Assembly: GCA_963781885.1 (NCBI GenBank)
Contig: CAWAHW010000006.1
Location: 288,001-352,000 of the forward strand
DNA: 64,000 bases
Direction: 5' to 3'
Origin: an uncultured Spirochaetota bacterium
Lineage (GTDB): Bacteria; Spirochaetota; Spirochaetia; SZUA-6; Fen-1364
The number at the start of each line of letters is the position of its first letter. Position 1 is the first letter of the stretch. Below the pieces are notes generated by a model. The model was not told the origin of the DNA, made no database searches, and was given only the letters and a program-made list of their open reading frames with translations. This document shows, one piece after another, positions 39,787 through 49,725 of this stretch. The translations under genes and the position numbers were made by a program.

Positions 39787-40659
39787 GTGGTGACAACCCG
39801 TGTGATGCGCGACGACGATATCGCCGCGGTGGACCGCCTCCTCATGACGGCGTATGACAACCCCCTGAGCTTCCAGCCGCGCCTTGCGCGCCTGCGCTGT
39901 CTCCAGCCCGATGGCTGGCTCGCGGTCGCGGAGGATGATGGCAGCGTCCTGGGCACGGGCGGCGTCACCGTGATGGGAAGGACCGGCTACATCGGGCTGG
40001 TGGCCGTGGATCCACCCGCACAGAGACGCGGCATCGCCACCGCCCTGATGAAAGGGCTCATGGAAATCGCCTCGGGGCGCGCCTGCACAACCGTGCTGCT
40101 GGATGCCTCCGACGCCGGGAAGCCGGTCTACGAGAGACTGGGTTTCGTGACGGATGATCTTGTCGGTATCTGGAAACGGGACAAGGATGCCGCGCTCCCC
40201 GCGTGGCCGCCCGTCACCTCCGACATTTCGATTTCCACCGGTTATGGTGTGCCCGCGCTCCCGGTGGAGCTCCTGGCCTTCGATGCCGGCATATGGGGAG
40301 ACGATAGGGCAAATGTGCTGGCCTCGTTCGCCGGGGACAACCCTTCACGCGTCGCCCTGGCCCGCGGCCCGGAGGGCAAGCTTCGCGGCTGTGCCATCAT
40401 GCAGAGCAGCGGGGGAATACTCGGGCCATGGGTGGCCAGCGATCCCGACGCGGCGCGCGCACTCCTGTCCTGGGCCCTCGGGCTTGCCGATGTGCGCCCC
40501 GAGGTAGCCTATCTTCCGTCGGGCAACACGGATGGCGCCGACATTCTATCCGCGGCAGGCTTTGCCCGCATGCGCCAGCTCGCGCACATGAGGCGCGGCG
40601 CCCAACTGCCCGGCTCCCGACTCCACATCTATTCGCAGGCTAATCTCGCGCTGGGGTGA
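39787..40659 (+). CDS. GNAT acetyltransferase (YitH-like, two-domain)
   Basis: IGLVAVDP.AQRRGIA, LDASDAG.PVYERLGF, LGPWVA. Confidence 0.85.
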   Translation: MVTTRVMRDDDIAAVDRLLMTAYDNPLSFQPRLARLRCLQPDGWLAVAEDDGSVLGTGGVTVMGRTGYIGLVAVDPPAQRRGIATALMKGLMEIASGRACTTVLLDASDAGKPVYERLGFVTDDLVGIWKRDKDAALPAWPPVTSDISISTGYGVPALPVELLAFDAGIWGDDRANVLASFAGDNPSRVALARGPEGKLRGCAIMQSSGGILGPWVASDPDAARALLSWALGLADVRPEVAYLPSGNTDGADILSAAGFARMRQLAHMRRGAQLPGSRLHIYSQANLALG

Positions 40660-40665
40660 GGGCGT

Positions 40666-42352
40666 TTATTCCGCCGGGGACATGCGCACCACCCTGTCCA
40701 CCACTGAAAGGTCGCGCTCTCGGTGGCTGATGACGATGAGTGTCCGGTCCCGCAGCCTCTGTGCAACAGCCTTCATCAGCGCGTCCGCCGTTTCGTCGTC
40801 CAAACCCTCCGTGGGCTCGTCCAGCACGTAGATGGGCGCGTCCTTCAGCAGGGTGCGCGCAAGGGCCACGCGCCGCGCTTCCCCGCCGGAGAGCTCCCGC
40901 CCGGTCTCACCCACGGTCGTTTCCAGGCCTTCCGGCAGCCCGGCCACGAAATCGGCAAGCTGCGCGGTCTGGAGCGCATCGAGGAGCAGCGCGTCCTCTC
41001 CCTGTCGATCGTCCGGCAGGGCGAGTGCGAGGTTCTCCCGCAATGACGCGTGGAAAAGGTGGGGAGATTGCTCCATGACCGAGAAAAGACGCCGTGCATC
41101 ATCCCCGCGCAGCCTTGCAAGCTCCCAGGTGCTCCCTGCGTCGTCCAGCGCGGCGATGCTCCCCTTCTCGGGGCTCCAGAACCGCAGGAGCAGGCTCACG
41201 AGCGTGCTTTTGCCGATGCCCGTCGGCCCGGCGATGCCGATGCTTCCCCCGGTCGGGACATGCAGGGAAAAGCCGTCCAGGATCCAGCGCTGATCGGGGG
41301 CGTAGCGGAAACCAAGCCCACTGATGGAGAGGCCCAGCCGCGCGCCAGGCGCGGGGGGAGAGACGGGCTGTGCCGGCTCGGCTGCCCGGCGGCCGCGCGT
41401 CGATCAGATCGAAAAGACGTCGCGCGGCGGCAGCGATTTCTCCTGCGCGCTGGATGACGGCCGGCAGGGGCATGACGGCCTCGAATGTCGCCAGCACAAA
41501 GACCGTGAGCATCGCAAACTGCGGCCCTTCACGGGTGCCGGCGAGCACGAGCGGCGCGATGGCGAATGCGGCTGCCCAGACCGCGAGTGAGCTTGCGCCG
41601 ACGAGCCCGGCCTCGCCGATGCCTTGCAGGCTGGACAGCTTCGCCTGCGCGCGGTCGAGGCTTCCGCTGAGCCGCCCGAGCCGCGCCTCGCTTTCCTGCA
41701 CGGCGCCCAGCACGATGAGCTCCGCCATGCCCTGCGTCTGCTCCACGACCGACGCGCGAAGCTCGGCGGCGTATTCCACCCGTCTGCGGCCCGGTGCCGC
41801 CGCGCGCCAATGGAGGAGCAGGGGAAGGGCCACGCCGGCGATGGCGAGGCCCGCCAGGTCGATGCCGGCAAGACGCATGTCGAACGAGGCGAGGAAGGCG
41901 ACGATGCAGCAGGCGGCCAGGACGGCGACCACGGCCGGGACCACGCCGCGCACGTAGAAATCGTCCAGCGTATCCACGTCCGCGCGGATCCTGCTCAGGA
42001 GGTCGCCGCTGCGATGCGCGGAAAGCTGCGCGGGGGCAAGCGGCTCGATGCGCCTGAAAAACCAGACCCGCAGGGTCGAAAGGATGCGCAGCGTGGCGTC
42101 GTGGTTCACAAGTCGCTCGGCGTAGCGGCCGCTCGCGCGCGCAAGCGCGAGAGCCCTCACCGCGGCGGCCGGCAGCGTGTCGTCCATGAACGCGCCGAGT
42201 GAGCCCGCCACGGCCATCGAGGCAATGAACCAGCTCGACAGCGCCAGGAGCCCGAGATTGGCAAGCAAGGCAAAAAGGGAAAGGAGGATGCCGGCAAGGA
42301 CCAGGCGCCAGGAGGGAAGGAGCAGCTTCAGGAGGCGCGGCATGATCTTCAC
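40666..42352 (-). pseudogene. cydC: thiol reductant ABC exporter CydC with one +1 frameshift (~41385, probably a sequencing error)
   Basis: RYAERLVNHDATLRIL..LR, SGDLLSRI..DVD.LD; NBD (GPTGIGKST, LSGGEARR) continues in the next frame. Confidence 0.85.
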
Positions 42353-44013
42353 GTTGCCCCCCGCACCGCGCCCGCCTCCAGGACGACGAGGCGATCCATG
42401 ACGCCGAGCGTGTCGGCGGTGTGAGACACGAGGATGGCGGTGCGGCCCCGCACGAGCTCCCGGATGCCTTCCCGCACCAGCCCCGCGCTCTCCGCATCGA
42501 GGTGCGCGGTGGGCTCATCCAGCAGCACGAGCGACGGGGAACGCAGGAAAAGGCGCGCAAGGGCGACCCTCTGGGCCTGGCCGACCGAAAGCCCCCGGCC
42601 TCCCTCGTCGAGCACCGTGTCGATGCCGGCGGGAAGCCGGGGGAGAAACTCCTCCACGTGCGCCAGCGCGAGGGCGCGCTCCAAGTCCTTCTCCGTCGTC
42701 CCCGGCCGCCCGAGCGTGACGTTTTCCCGCACCGTCCCTGCAAAGAGCATGGGCTTCTGCGGGAGCCAGGCGATGCGGCTGCGCCACGCCGTCATGTCGA
42801 TGCCGGAAAGGGGAAGGCCGTCGACGAGGATCGATCCCTGCCGCGGCGCGGCGAAACCGAGCAGGAGCGCCAGGAGCGTGGACTTTCCGGCACCGCTTCC
42901 GCCCGCCAGCGCCAGGTGCTCGCGCGGCGCGATGACGACGTTGAGCCCGGAGAGCAGTGGTGCTTCGGTGTAGGAGAAGTGCACGTCGCGCAGCTCGATG
43001 GCGGCCGCTGTCGCGGCCGGCGGCAGCGGGGCGCCGACGTCCGGCCGCTGCTCCGCCACCGCCGTTTCCAGGAACGCGCGGATCTGCTCGGCGGCGCTCA
43101 CCGCCTCCATGCGGGCGTGATAGAACGTGCCCAGGACGCGCAGTGTGAGGAAATACTCCGGGGCGATGAGGAGGATGAAGTAGCCGGGCCGGAAACCCAT
43201 CGTGCCATGCAGGAGACGCACGCCCGAGATCACCGCGACGATGGCGATGCTCACCGCGGAGATGAGCTCCAGCATGAAGGAGGAGAGGAATGCCACGCGC
43301 AGCACGGACAACGTGAGCTTCCTGTACTCGTCGGAGGTGCGGGCGATCTCCCGTGCCTCGCGGGCGGCGGCCCCGAACATGCGCACGGTGGCAAGCCCCT
43401 GGAGCACGTCGAGGAAGCGCCCGCTCATCAGCGCGAGCTTGTCCCAGAGCCTCCGGTTGCGCTCGTGCGCCTCGTCGCCGATGACGATCATGGAAAGCGG
43501 CAGGAATACCGCCGTGAGGACGAGCACGAGACCGGAGATCCAGTCCAGGGGGAAGACGACCGCGAGGATCGTGAAAGGAAGGAGGGAGGCGATGGCGCGC
43601 TGGGGGAGATAGCGGGCGTAGTAGGTCTCCAGCGCCTCCACGGCGTCCACCGTCACGTGCGCGATCTCCCCGGCGCGCATGCCGGCAAGGGCGATCGGGC
43701 CGATGCGCCGGATCTGCGCGACGCACGCGGCGCGGAGGCCCTGCTTCACGCCAGAGGCGCAGGCATAGCCGGCGCGCTTCGTCGCCCAACTCAGTGCCGC
43801 CCGCGCCGCAATGACGGCGACCGCCGCGAGGAGAAGCGGCAGCAGGCCGGCGACCGGGGCACGCGCGAAGATGACGCGATTTCCGACCTCCGCGAGCAGC
43901 CCGGTCTGGATGATGAGGAGGATGCCGGCCGCCTCACCGAGTGCGATCGTGAGGGCAAGCCGCGATCGCGCGGGGGCGCCCTGCGTGCGGAGCCAGCCCG
44001 GTGTGCTCTCCAT
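42349..44013 (-). CDS. cydD: thiol reductant ABC exporter CydD
   Basis: YYARYLPQ, FLDVLQGL.T, VLRVAFLSS..LE, LLIAPEYF..LR.LG.FYHA, LSVGQAQR. Confidence 0.92.
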   Translation of the reverse strand: MESTPGWLRTQGAPARSRLALTIALGEAAGILLIIQTGLLAEVGNRVIFARAPVAGLLPLLLAAVAVIAARAALSWATKRAGYACASGVKQGLRAACVAQIRRIGPIALAGMRAGEIAHVTVDAVEALETYYARYLPQRAIASLLPFTILAVVFPLDWISGLVLVLTAVFLPLSMIVIGDEAHERNRRLWDKLALMSGRFLDVLQGLATVRMFGAAAREAREIARTSDEYRKLTLSVLRVAFLSSFMLELISAVSIAIVAVISGVRLLHGTMGFRPGYFILLIAPEYFLTLRVLGTFYHARMEAVSAAEQIRAFLETAVAEQRPDVGAPLPPAATAAAIELRDVHFSYTEAPLLSGLNVVIAPREHLALAGGSGAGKSTLLALLLGFAAPRQGSILVDGLPLSGIDMTAWRSRIAWLPQKPMLFAGTVRENVTLGRPGTTEKDLERALALAHVEEFLPRLPAGIDTVLDEGGRGLSVGQAQRVALARLFLRSPSLVLLDEPTAHLDAESAGLVREGIRELVRGRTAILVSHTADTLGVMDRLVVLEAGAVRGAT

Positions 44014-44055
44014 TGCGAGCATGAATGTACACGGCGGATGGGCGGCCGGCTACCA

Positions 44056-44085
44056 TTGATCGGCCCGCGGGTGTCGTGATAGCAT
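44056..44085 (+). promoter_or_regulatory. putative cydA promoter
   Basis: TTGATC, 18 nt, TGaTAGCAT. Confidence 0.45.
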
Positions 44086-44117
44086 CTCCTCCCACGCCCG
44101 GAGGGAAGGGAGAGCAT

Positions 44118-45425
44118 ATGAGCGTCCTCGTACTCTCGCGCATCCAGTTCGCCACGGTGGTTCTCTTCCATTTCCTGTTCGTCCCCCTCACCCTCGGCCT
44201 GTCCGTGCTCGTCGCCTACATGGAGACGCGCTATGCCCGCACCGGCGACGTGACATTCCTCAAGATGGCGAAATACTGGAGCAGGCTCCTGCTCGTGAAC
44301 TTCGCCGTCGGCGTGGTCACCGGCATCACCCTGGAGTTCCAGTTCGGCATGAACTGGGCGGAATACGCGAAGTTCGTCGGCGACATATTCGGCGCGCCCC
44401 TGGCCATCGAGGCGACGGTGGCATTCTTCCTGGAGTCCACGTTCATCGGGCTGTGGGTGTTCAGCTGGAAGCGCGTCTCCCGCGGCGTGCACGCCGCGAT
44501 CATGTGGGTCGTCGCCTTTGCGAGCACCCTCTCCGCCTTGTGGATCCTGCTTGCCAACGGCTGGATGCAGAAGCCGAAGGGATACGCGCTCGAGGGGGGC
44601 AAGGCGGTGCTCACCAACTTCTGGGCGCTTCTTGGAAATCCTTATGCGTGGATCAAGTTCTTCCACACGACCATGGCCGCCTACACGCTCTCCGCTTTCT
44701 TCATCATGGGCATCTCCGCCATCCAGCTCCTGAAGGGCCGCACGGACGAGATGTTCAAGAGGTCCTTCCGCATCGGTGCAACCCTGGCCATCTTTACCTC
44801 CATCGGCATCATCTTTGCCGGCGACATGTCGGGCTTGCAGGTGGCAAAGAACCAGCCGACGAAGCTCGCCGCCATGGAGGGGCAGTGGGAGACGGAGGAG
44901 GGCGCGTCCTTCTACCTCCTGCAGCTTCCCCGCGTCGACCGGGACGAAAACTCCGTGGAAGCGCTCGGCATCCCCAAGGGGCTGAGCATCCTCGCCTACC
45001 ACGACCCCGGGGCGACCATCGAGGGGTTGAACGATTTCCCGGCCGCCGACCGACCGCCGGTGTTCGTCACCTTCGTCGCTTTCCGGCTCATGGTCGGGCT
45101 GGGCTTCCTGTTCGTGCTTCTGGCCCTGATCGCCGTGATCCTCTCCTGGAAGAAGAAGCTCCCGCAAAACCGCTGGTTCCTCTGGATCATGGCCGTTGCC
45201 ATCATCCTGCCCTATCTCGCCTGCGAGCTGGGGTGGATCGTCGCGGAGATCGGGCGGCAGCCCTGGATCGTCTATGGCCTCCTGCGGACGAAGGACGCCA
45301 TCTCCCGCAACCTGACCGCGGGTGACGTGCTGGGATCCCTGATCGTCTTCATCCTCATCTACGGGGTGATGGCGGTCATGGACGTCTTCCTGTTGAAGAA
45401 GTACTCCAACACGATCGAGGACTAA
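44118..45425 (+). CDS. cydA: cytochrome bd oxidase subunit I
   Basis: LSRIQFA...FHFLFVPLT, GVVTG..LEFQFG.NW, QPTKLAAME, GW..AEIGRQPW. Confidence 0.96.
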   Translation: MSVLVLSRIQFATVVLFHFLFVPLTLGLSVLVAYMETRYARTGDVTFLKMAKYWSRLLLVNFAVGVVTGITLEFQFGMNWAEYAKFVGDIFGAPLAIEATVAFFLESTFIGLWVFSWKRVSRGVHAAIMWVVAFASTLSALWILLANGWMQKPKGYALEGGKAVLTNFWALLGNPYAWIKFFHTTMAAYTLSAFFIMGISAIQLLKGRTDEMFKRSFRIGATLAIFTSIGIIFAGDMSGLQVAKNQPTKLAAMEGQWETEEGASFYLLQLPRVDRDENSVEALGIPKGLSILAYHDPGATIEGLNDFPAADRPPVFVTFVAFRLMVGLGFLFVLLALIAVILSWKKKLPQNRWFLWIMAVAIILPYLACELGWIVAEIGRQPWIVYGLLRTKDAISRNLTAGDVLGSLIVFILIYGVMAVMDVFLLKKYSNTIED

Positions 45426-45436
45426 AGGAGGCGGCC

Positions 45437-46513
45437 ATGGCACTGCAGACATTGTGGTTCGTGCTCTGGGGCCTCCTGTGGGCCGTGTATTTCATGCTGG
45501 ACGGATTCGATTTCGGCGCGGGCATGCTGCGCCTCTTCCTCTCCCGGGAGGAAAAGGACCGCCAGGTTGTGCTTCATGCCATCGGGCCCGTCTGGAACGG
45601 CAACGAGGTGTGGCTCATCACGGCGGGCGGCGCGACATTCGCCGCCTTTCCCAGCACGTACGCCTCCATGTTCAGCTTCCTCTACCTGCCCATGTTCCTG
45701 ATCCTGATCTCGCTCATCATCCGCGGGGTGTCCATCGAATATCGGGAGAAGCACGACAGCCCGCGCTGGCGGGCGGCATGGGACATCGCCCTTGCCGTCA
45801 CGAGCCTCACCGCCCCGCTCGTGCTCGGCCTGGGGTTCGGCAACATCTTCGAAGGGCTCCGCTTCGATGCAAGCGGCTACCACGGCACTTTCGGGCAACT
45901 GTTCAATCCCTATGGGCTCCTCACCGCGGCGCTTTTCGTCGTGCTTTTCCTCCAGCACGGCGCGCTGTGGCTCACGCACAAGACGGAGGCGGAGCTGGGC
46001 GCGACGAGCAGGAAGACCGCGGGTGTGCTTTGGTACGTGGTGCTCGTGGTCGCCGCGGGGTTCCTCGTGCTCACGGGATTCTCCACCCACCTGTACGACA
46101 ACTACGCGTCGCACCCGGGCTGGATCGTCGCCCCGGTCCTGGCCGTTGCCGCCCTTGTCGGCGTGAAGGTCTTCCATGCCCGGGTCCGGACCCTGGCCGC
46201 GTTCCTCTGCTCCTGTGCGACGATCGTCCTGGTGATTGGCACGGGGCTCATCGGGCTATTCCCGAACCTCATCCCCTCGCGTCTCGATGCCGCGGCGAAC
46301 CTGACGATCTCCAACAGCTCTTCCGGGCCCTATACGCTGCGCCTCATGGCCGTCGTCGCGCTTGTATTCGTCCCGATCGTCGCCGTCTACCAGCTCCTGG
46401 TCTACCGGTTCTTCCGGCACAAGATCTCGAAGGGCGAGGCGTCGGAGGGCTCTCGCGGCGGCCGTGCGCGTGCGTCCCGCCCGTCCCGCCGCACTGTCGC
46501 GGCGGGAGCATAG
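45437..46513 (+). CDS. cydB: cytochrome bd oxidase subunit II
   Basis: LDGFDFG.G, IGPVWNGNEVWL..AGGA.FAAFP, RGVSIEYR. Confidence 0.95.
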   Translation: MALQTLWFVLWGLLWAVYFMLDGFDFGAGMLRLFLSREEKDRQVVLHAIGPVWNGNEVWLITAGGATFAAFPSTYASMFSFLYLPMFLILISLIIRGVSIEYREKHDSPRWRAAWDIALAVTSLTAPLVLGLGFGNIFEGLRFDASGYHGTFGQLFNPYGLLTAALFVVLFLQHGALWLTHKTEAELGATSRKTAGVLWYVVLVVAAGFLVLTGFSTHLYDNYASHPGWIVAPVLAVAALVGVKVFHARVRTLAAFLCSCATIVLVIGTGLIGLFPNLIPSRLDAAANLTISNSSSGPYTLRLMAVVALVFVPIVAVYQLLVYRFFRHKISKGEASEGSRGGRARASRPSRRTVAAGA

Positions 46514-46652
46514 CCATCCAAAGCCGCAAGCTCGCGGCCGGGCTATGGCCTCGCTGCCGTACGTCCCTGTACTCGCTCGGCCCGAAGTGCGGCAGCCGCG
46601 CTTGCGCGGCGGGAGCATAGCCATCCAAAGCCGCAAGCTCGCGGCTGGGCTA
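46499..46652. repeat. pair of 47-bp direct repeats (REP/MITE-like) between convergent cydB and GlxA-type genes
   Basis: GCGGCGGGAGCATAGCCATCCAAAGCCGCAAGCTCGCGGCYGGGCTA at 46499-46545 and 46606-46652; each copy folds as a hairpin. Confidence 0.85.
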
Positions 46653-47633
46653 CGCGTGGTAGAAACAGTATCTCTTGCGGTACTCGGTCGGGGAGACGCC
46701 GGTGACGCGCTTGAAGATGGCGCGGAAGCTGCCCACGTCCTCATAGCCGATCCCGCTCGCCACGTTGTCGATGTCTTTCGCGCCCGACTCCAGGGCGTGC
46801 TTTGCCGCCTCGATACGCACGCGCTGGATGTATTCGATAGGCGTGTTGCCTGTCGCGCTCTTGAATCGCCGGATGAAGTTCCTGTTGCTCATGGCGAGGC
46901 TTGACGCAAGGTCCGCCACGGAGAGATCGTGCGTCGCCTGCTTCTCGATCAAATCCTGCGCCCGCCGCACTTCGGGGTCGCCGTGGTTCTTCTGCGCGCT
47001 GAAGATTGCGTAGACCGTCTGCGGCCCCTTGTTGATATCGATGAGGAATATCTTCGCCATGAGGCGCCCCGCTTCCGCGCCGCAGTACTTCTCCACCAGG
47101 TACGCCGTCAGCGTGAGGAATGACGTGGCCCCGCCGCTCGTGCAGATGCGCCCGTGGTCCACGATGATCTGGTCGTGCGCCAGACTCACCTGAGGGTAGC
47201 GGCTGCGGAAGAGGTCCTGCGCGATCCAGTGCGTCGTCGCTGTCTTGCCGTCCAGGAGGCCCGTCTCGGCGAGCACGAACGCGCCCGTGCAGATGGAGGC
47301 GATGTCGGCGCCCGCCTGGTACATCTTTTTCACCCACGGGATGGTCGCCCTGTTTGCCGCCATTTGCGTGAGCACGTCGCCGTCGAAAGCCGGGATGATG
47401 ACGAGGTCCGCGTGGCTCACCTTGTCTATCGTCGCGTTGCACTGGACGGGAAACCCGTTGGGCGTTATGACCGGATTGTCCCCCGGGGAGACAAGCTGCA
47501 CCCGGAAGAAGGGCTCCGCTGCCGGCTGCCCGTTTCCGCTCATCCGACCGGCCGTGAGAAGCAGCTCCATCGGCCCGATCGAGGAGAGTGACGAACATCC
47601 CTGGAGCATCAGGACGCTGACATCGAGTGCCAT
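46650..47633 (-). CDS. GlxA-family regulator (DJ-1/PfpI + AraC)
   Basis: SICTGAFVLAETGLLDGKTATTHW, RNFIRRFKSATG.TP.EY, GYEDVGSFR. Confidence 0.92.
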   Translation of the reverse strand: MALDVSVLMLQGCSSLSSIGPMELLLTAGRMSGNGQPAAEPFFRVQLVSPGDNPVITPNGFPVQCNATIDKVSHADLVIIPAFDGDVLTQMAANRATIPWVKKMYQAGADIASICTGAFVLAETGLLDGKTATTHWIAQDLFRSRYPQVSLAHDQIIVDHGRICTSGGATSFLTLTAYLVEKYCGAEAGRLMAKIFLIDINKGPQTVYAIFSAQKNHGDPEVRRAQDLIEKQATHDLSVADLASSLAMSNRNFIRRFKSATGNTPIEYIQRVRIEAAKHALESGAKDIDNVASGIGYEDVGSFRAIFKRVTGVSPTEYRKRYCFYHA

Positions 47634-47656
47634 AACGCCTCCTCCCGGCAATGATA

Positions 47657-47692
47657 TGGCAGAAACGGCCACGAGGAAAGTCGTTTCTGCCA
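47657..47692. promoter_or_regulatory. inverted repeat, candidate operator for the GlxA-type regulator
   Basis: TGGCAGAAACG-N14-CGTTTCTGCCA in the divergent intergenic region. Confidence 0.55.
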
Positions 47693-47782
47693 CTTTCTTC
47701 GCCCAGCCGACCTACCTACCTTTGAACACGTTGGAGACCGGAGCAGGACGGCTGCCCGGAAAAATCGCGAGGAGGTTTTCAT

Positions 47783-48277
47783 ATGAGCAAGAGCGAGGCT
47801 TTTCTCCAGATATGGGGCATGGAGGCTGCCACGACGCAGCGCGTGCTGGACGCGGTCCCCGAAAAAAACATCACCCACAGGGCCGATCCGAAGGCGCGGA
47901 CGGCGATCGAGCTTACGGCGCACGTGGCAAGCCATGGGCCGCTGATCGCCATGATGGCCGAAACCGGCGAAGTGAGGGGCGGACCCCGGGCGGCGCCGAA
48001 GACCATCAAGGAAGCAGGCGCCGCTTTCCCGGCAATGCTCCCCCGGATCGAGAAGGCGATCCGCGCCATCGACGACAAGGCTTGGGACCAGAAGATCGGC
48101 ACCATCTACAACGACGACGGCTCAGTGTTCCAGTCCGGCCCCGTCGGCATGCTGATCTGGTTCACGCTCTTCGACCTCATTCATCACCGGGGACAGCTCA
48201 GCACCTACCTGCGTCCCATGGGCGGCAAGGTGCCTTCCATTTACGGTCCCTCCGCCGACGACCCCGGAAAGAAGTAG
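47783..48277 (+). CDS. DinB family protein
   Basis: E...T.RVL..VP, EL..HVA, LIHHRGQLSTYLR.MG.KVPSIYGPSAD. Confidence 0.9.
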   Translation: MSKSEAFLQIWGMEAATTQRVLDAVPEKNITHRADPKARTAIELTAHVASHGPLIAMMAETGEVRGGPRAAPKTIKEAGAAFPAMLPRIEKAIRAIDDKAWDQKIGTIYNDDGSVFQSGPVGMLIWFTLFDLIHHRGQLSTYLRPMGGKVPSIYGPSADDPGKK

Positions 48278-48417
48278 AACGCCTCGAAGGTCGCCCCGCA
48301 TCCCGTTGATCGGGGCGGCCCCCGGTGGCCTGCCGTCCGGTTTTGTTTGACAAATCGGCCCCGCGATGTGATCTTTCTCCTGTTCGAAACGATTTGACTC
48401 TGGGAAGGAGGCCTGCC

Positions 48418-48876
48418 ATGGAAACAGTTGCCGAGTTCCTGAGCGCGAAAGGTCACGCGGTGCATACGGTCCACCCGGATGCCACGGTCTACGAGGCTCT
48501 GGAGCTGATGGCGGACAAGAACATCGGCGCCGTGATGGTGGCCGATGGCAAAGGCAAGCTCCACGGCATCTTCTCAGAGCGGGACTATGCCCGCAAGATG
48601 ATGATCAAGGGACGCGAGCCCCATTCCACCCGGGTCGGGGAGATCATGACCACCCTCGTCGTCTCCGTGAACCTGGAAACGCGGCTTCGCGACTGCATGT
48701 CGATCATGACGGAGAAAAGGATCCGGCACCTGCCGGTGCTTCAGAACGACAAGCTGATCGGCGTCGTCTCCATCGGTGACGTGGTGAAGTCTCTCCTCTC
48801 GGAGCAGGATTACGTCATCTCGCAGCAGGCGTACAAGATCGATCAGCTGGAGAACTACATCTCCCTCACGCCCTGA
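48418..48876 (+). CDS. CBS-domain protein
   Basis: TVYEAL.LMADKNIGA, GIFSERDYARK, IRHLPV, SIGDVVK. Confidence 0.92.
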   Translation: METVAEFLSAKGHAVHTVHPDATVYEALELMADKNIGAVMVADGKGKLHGIFSERDYARKMMIKGREPHSTRVGEIMTTLVVSVNLETRLRDCMSIMTEKRIRHLPVLQNDKLIGVVSIGDVVKSLLSEQDYVISQQAYKIDQLENYISLTP

Positions 48877-48890
48877 GGGCCCCGATCCCC

Positions 48891-48927
48891 GGCAGGCGTC
48901 CCCGCCCCGCCGTCTGTCGTTTTTTTT
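48891..48927 (+). terminator. probable intrinsic terminator
   Basis: GGCAGGCG...CGTCTGTC followed by a T-run. Confidence 0.55.
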
Positions 48928-48989
48928 CGACACGCGAATCAACAAACCGATGATAGCACCCGGCCCGGGCCCGCCGTACGTTCACCGTG

Positions 48990-49712
48990 ATGAAAAAGCT
49001 ATCACTACTGACCTGCGTCGCCGGCGTCGCGTTGTTCGCGGCCTCCTGCGCGTCAACCCCGCCCGTGAAGCCCACACCGGAGCCTGCCGCGCAGCCGGCG
49101 GCCCAACCTGAGACCCCGCAAACGCCTGCAGCGCAGCCTGCCCAACCGGCTGCCGGCGCACCTGATGCAGAACGCACGCAGGCGCGCGCGCTCAAGGACA
49201 GGATCGACAGCGAAGGCCTTGCGGATTACGACCAGACGGACTACCAGGCAGCGAGCACGGACCTCACGGCGGGAGAAGGATCGTACGGCAGCGACAATGC
49301 GGCGTCGAAGAAATCGTTTGACTCCGCGATTTCAGGCTTCAACGCCGTTCTTACAACAGGCGCTCCCCTGATGGCGGCAGCGGCGCAGGACAAGTCAACG
49401 ACGTCGAAAAAGGCGGCCGACGACCTCCTGGCGGCGGTGGCCGTGAAGGACCAGTACGCGCAGGCAAACGATGCCTATCAGCGCGCCCTGCAGGAAAAGG
49501 ACGGGGGAGACCTGGAAAGCGCCGGCAAGGACTTCACCCTGGCCGCCGGTCTTTTCGACGCCGCGGCGACAGCGGCAAAGCAGAAAAAGGACGCCGCGGT
49601 CCAGGCGCTCGATGCCGCCCAGAAGGACCTGAGCTCGTCGGAGCAGAAGGCGGCGGACGCGCAGAAGTCGCTTGCCGATGAGGGCGTCGCGCCGCAGGCC
49701 GGCGGACAGTAG
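48990..49712 (+). CDS. Ala-rich helical lipoprotein
   Basis: Lipobox AASC; Pro/Ala/Gln linker; coiled-coil-like body. Confidence 0.85.
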   Translation: MKKLSLLTCVAGVALFAASCASTPPVKPTPEPAAQPAAQPETPQTPAAQPAQPAAGAPDAERTQARALKDRIDSEGLADYDQTDYQAASTDLTAGEGSYGSDNAASKKSFDSAISGFNAVLTTGAPLMAAAAQDKSTTSKKAADDLLAAVAVKDQYAQANDAYQRALQEKDGGDLESAGKDFTLAAGLFDAAATAAKQKKDAAVQALDAAQKDLSSSEQKAADAQKSLADEGVAPQAGGQ

Positions 49713-49725
49713 GGGAGTGAAAGAA

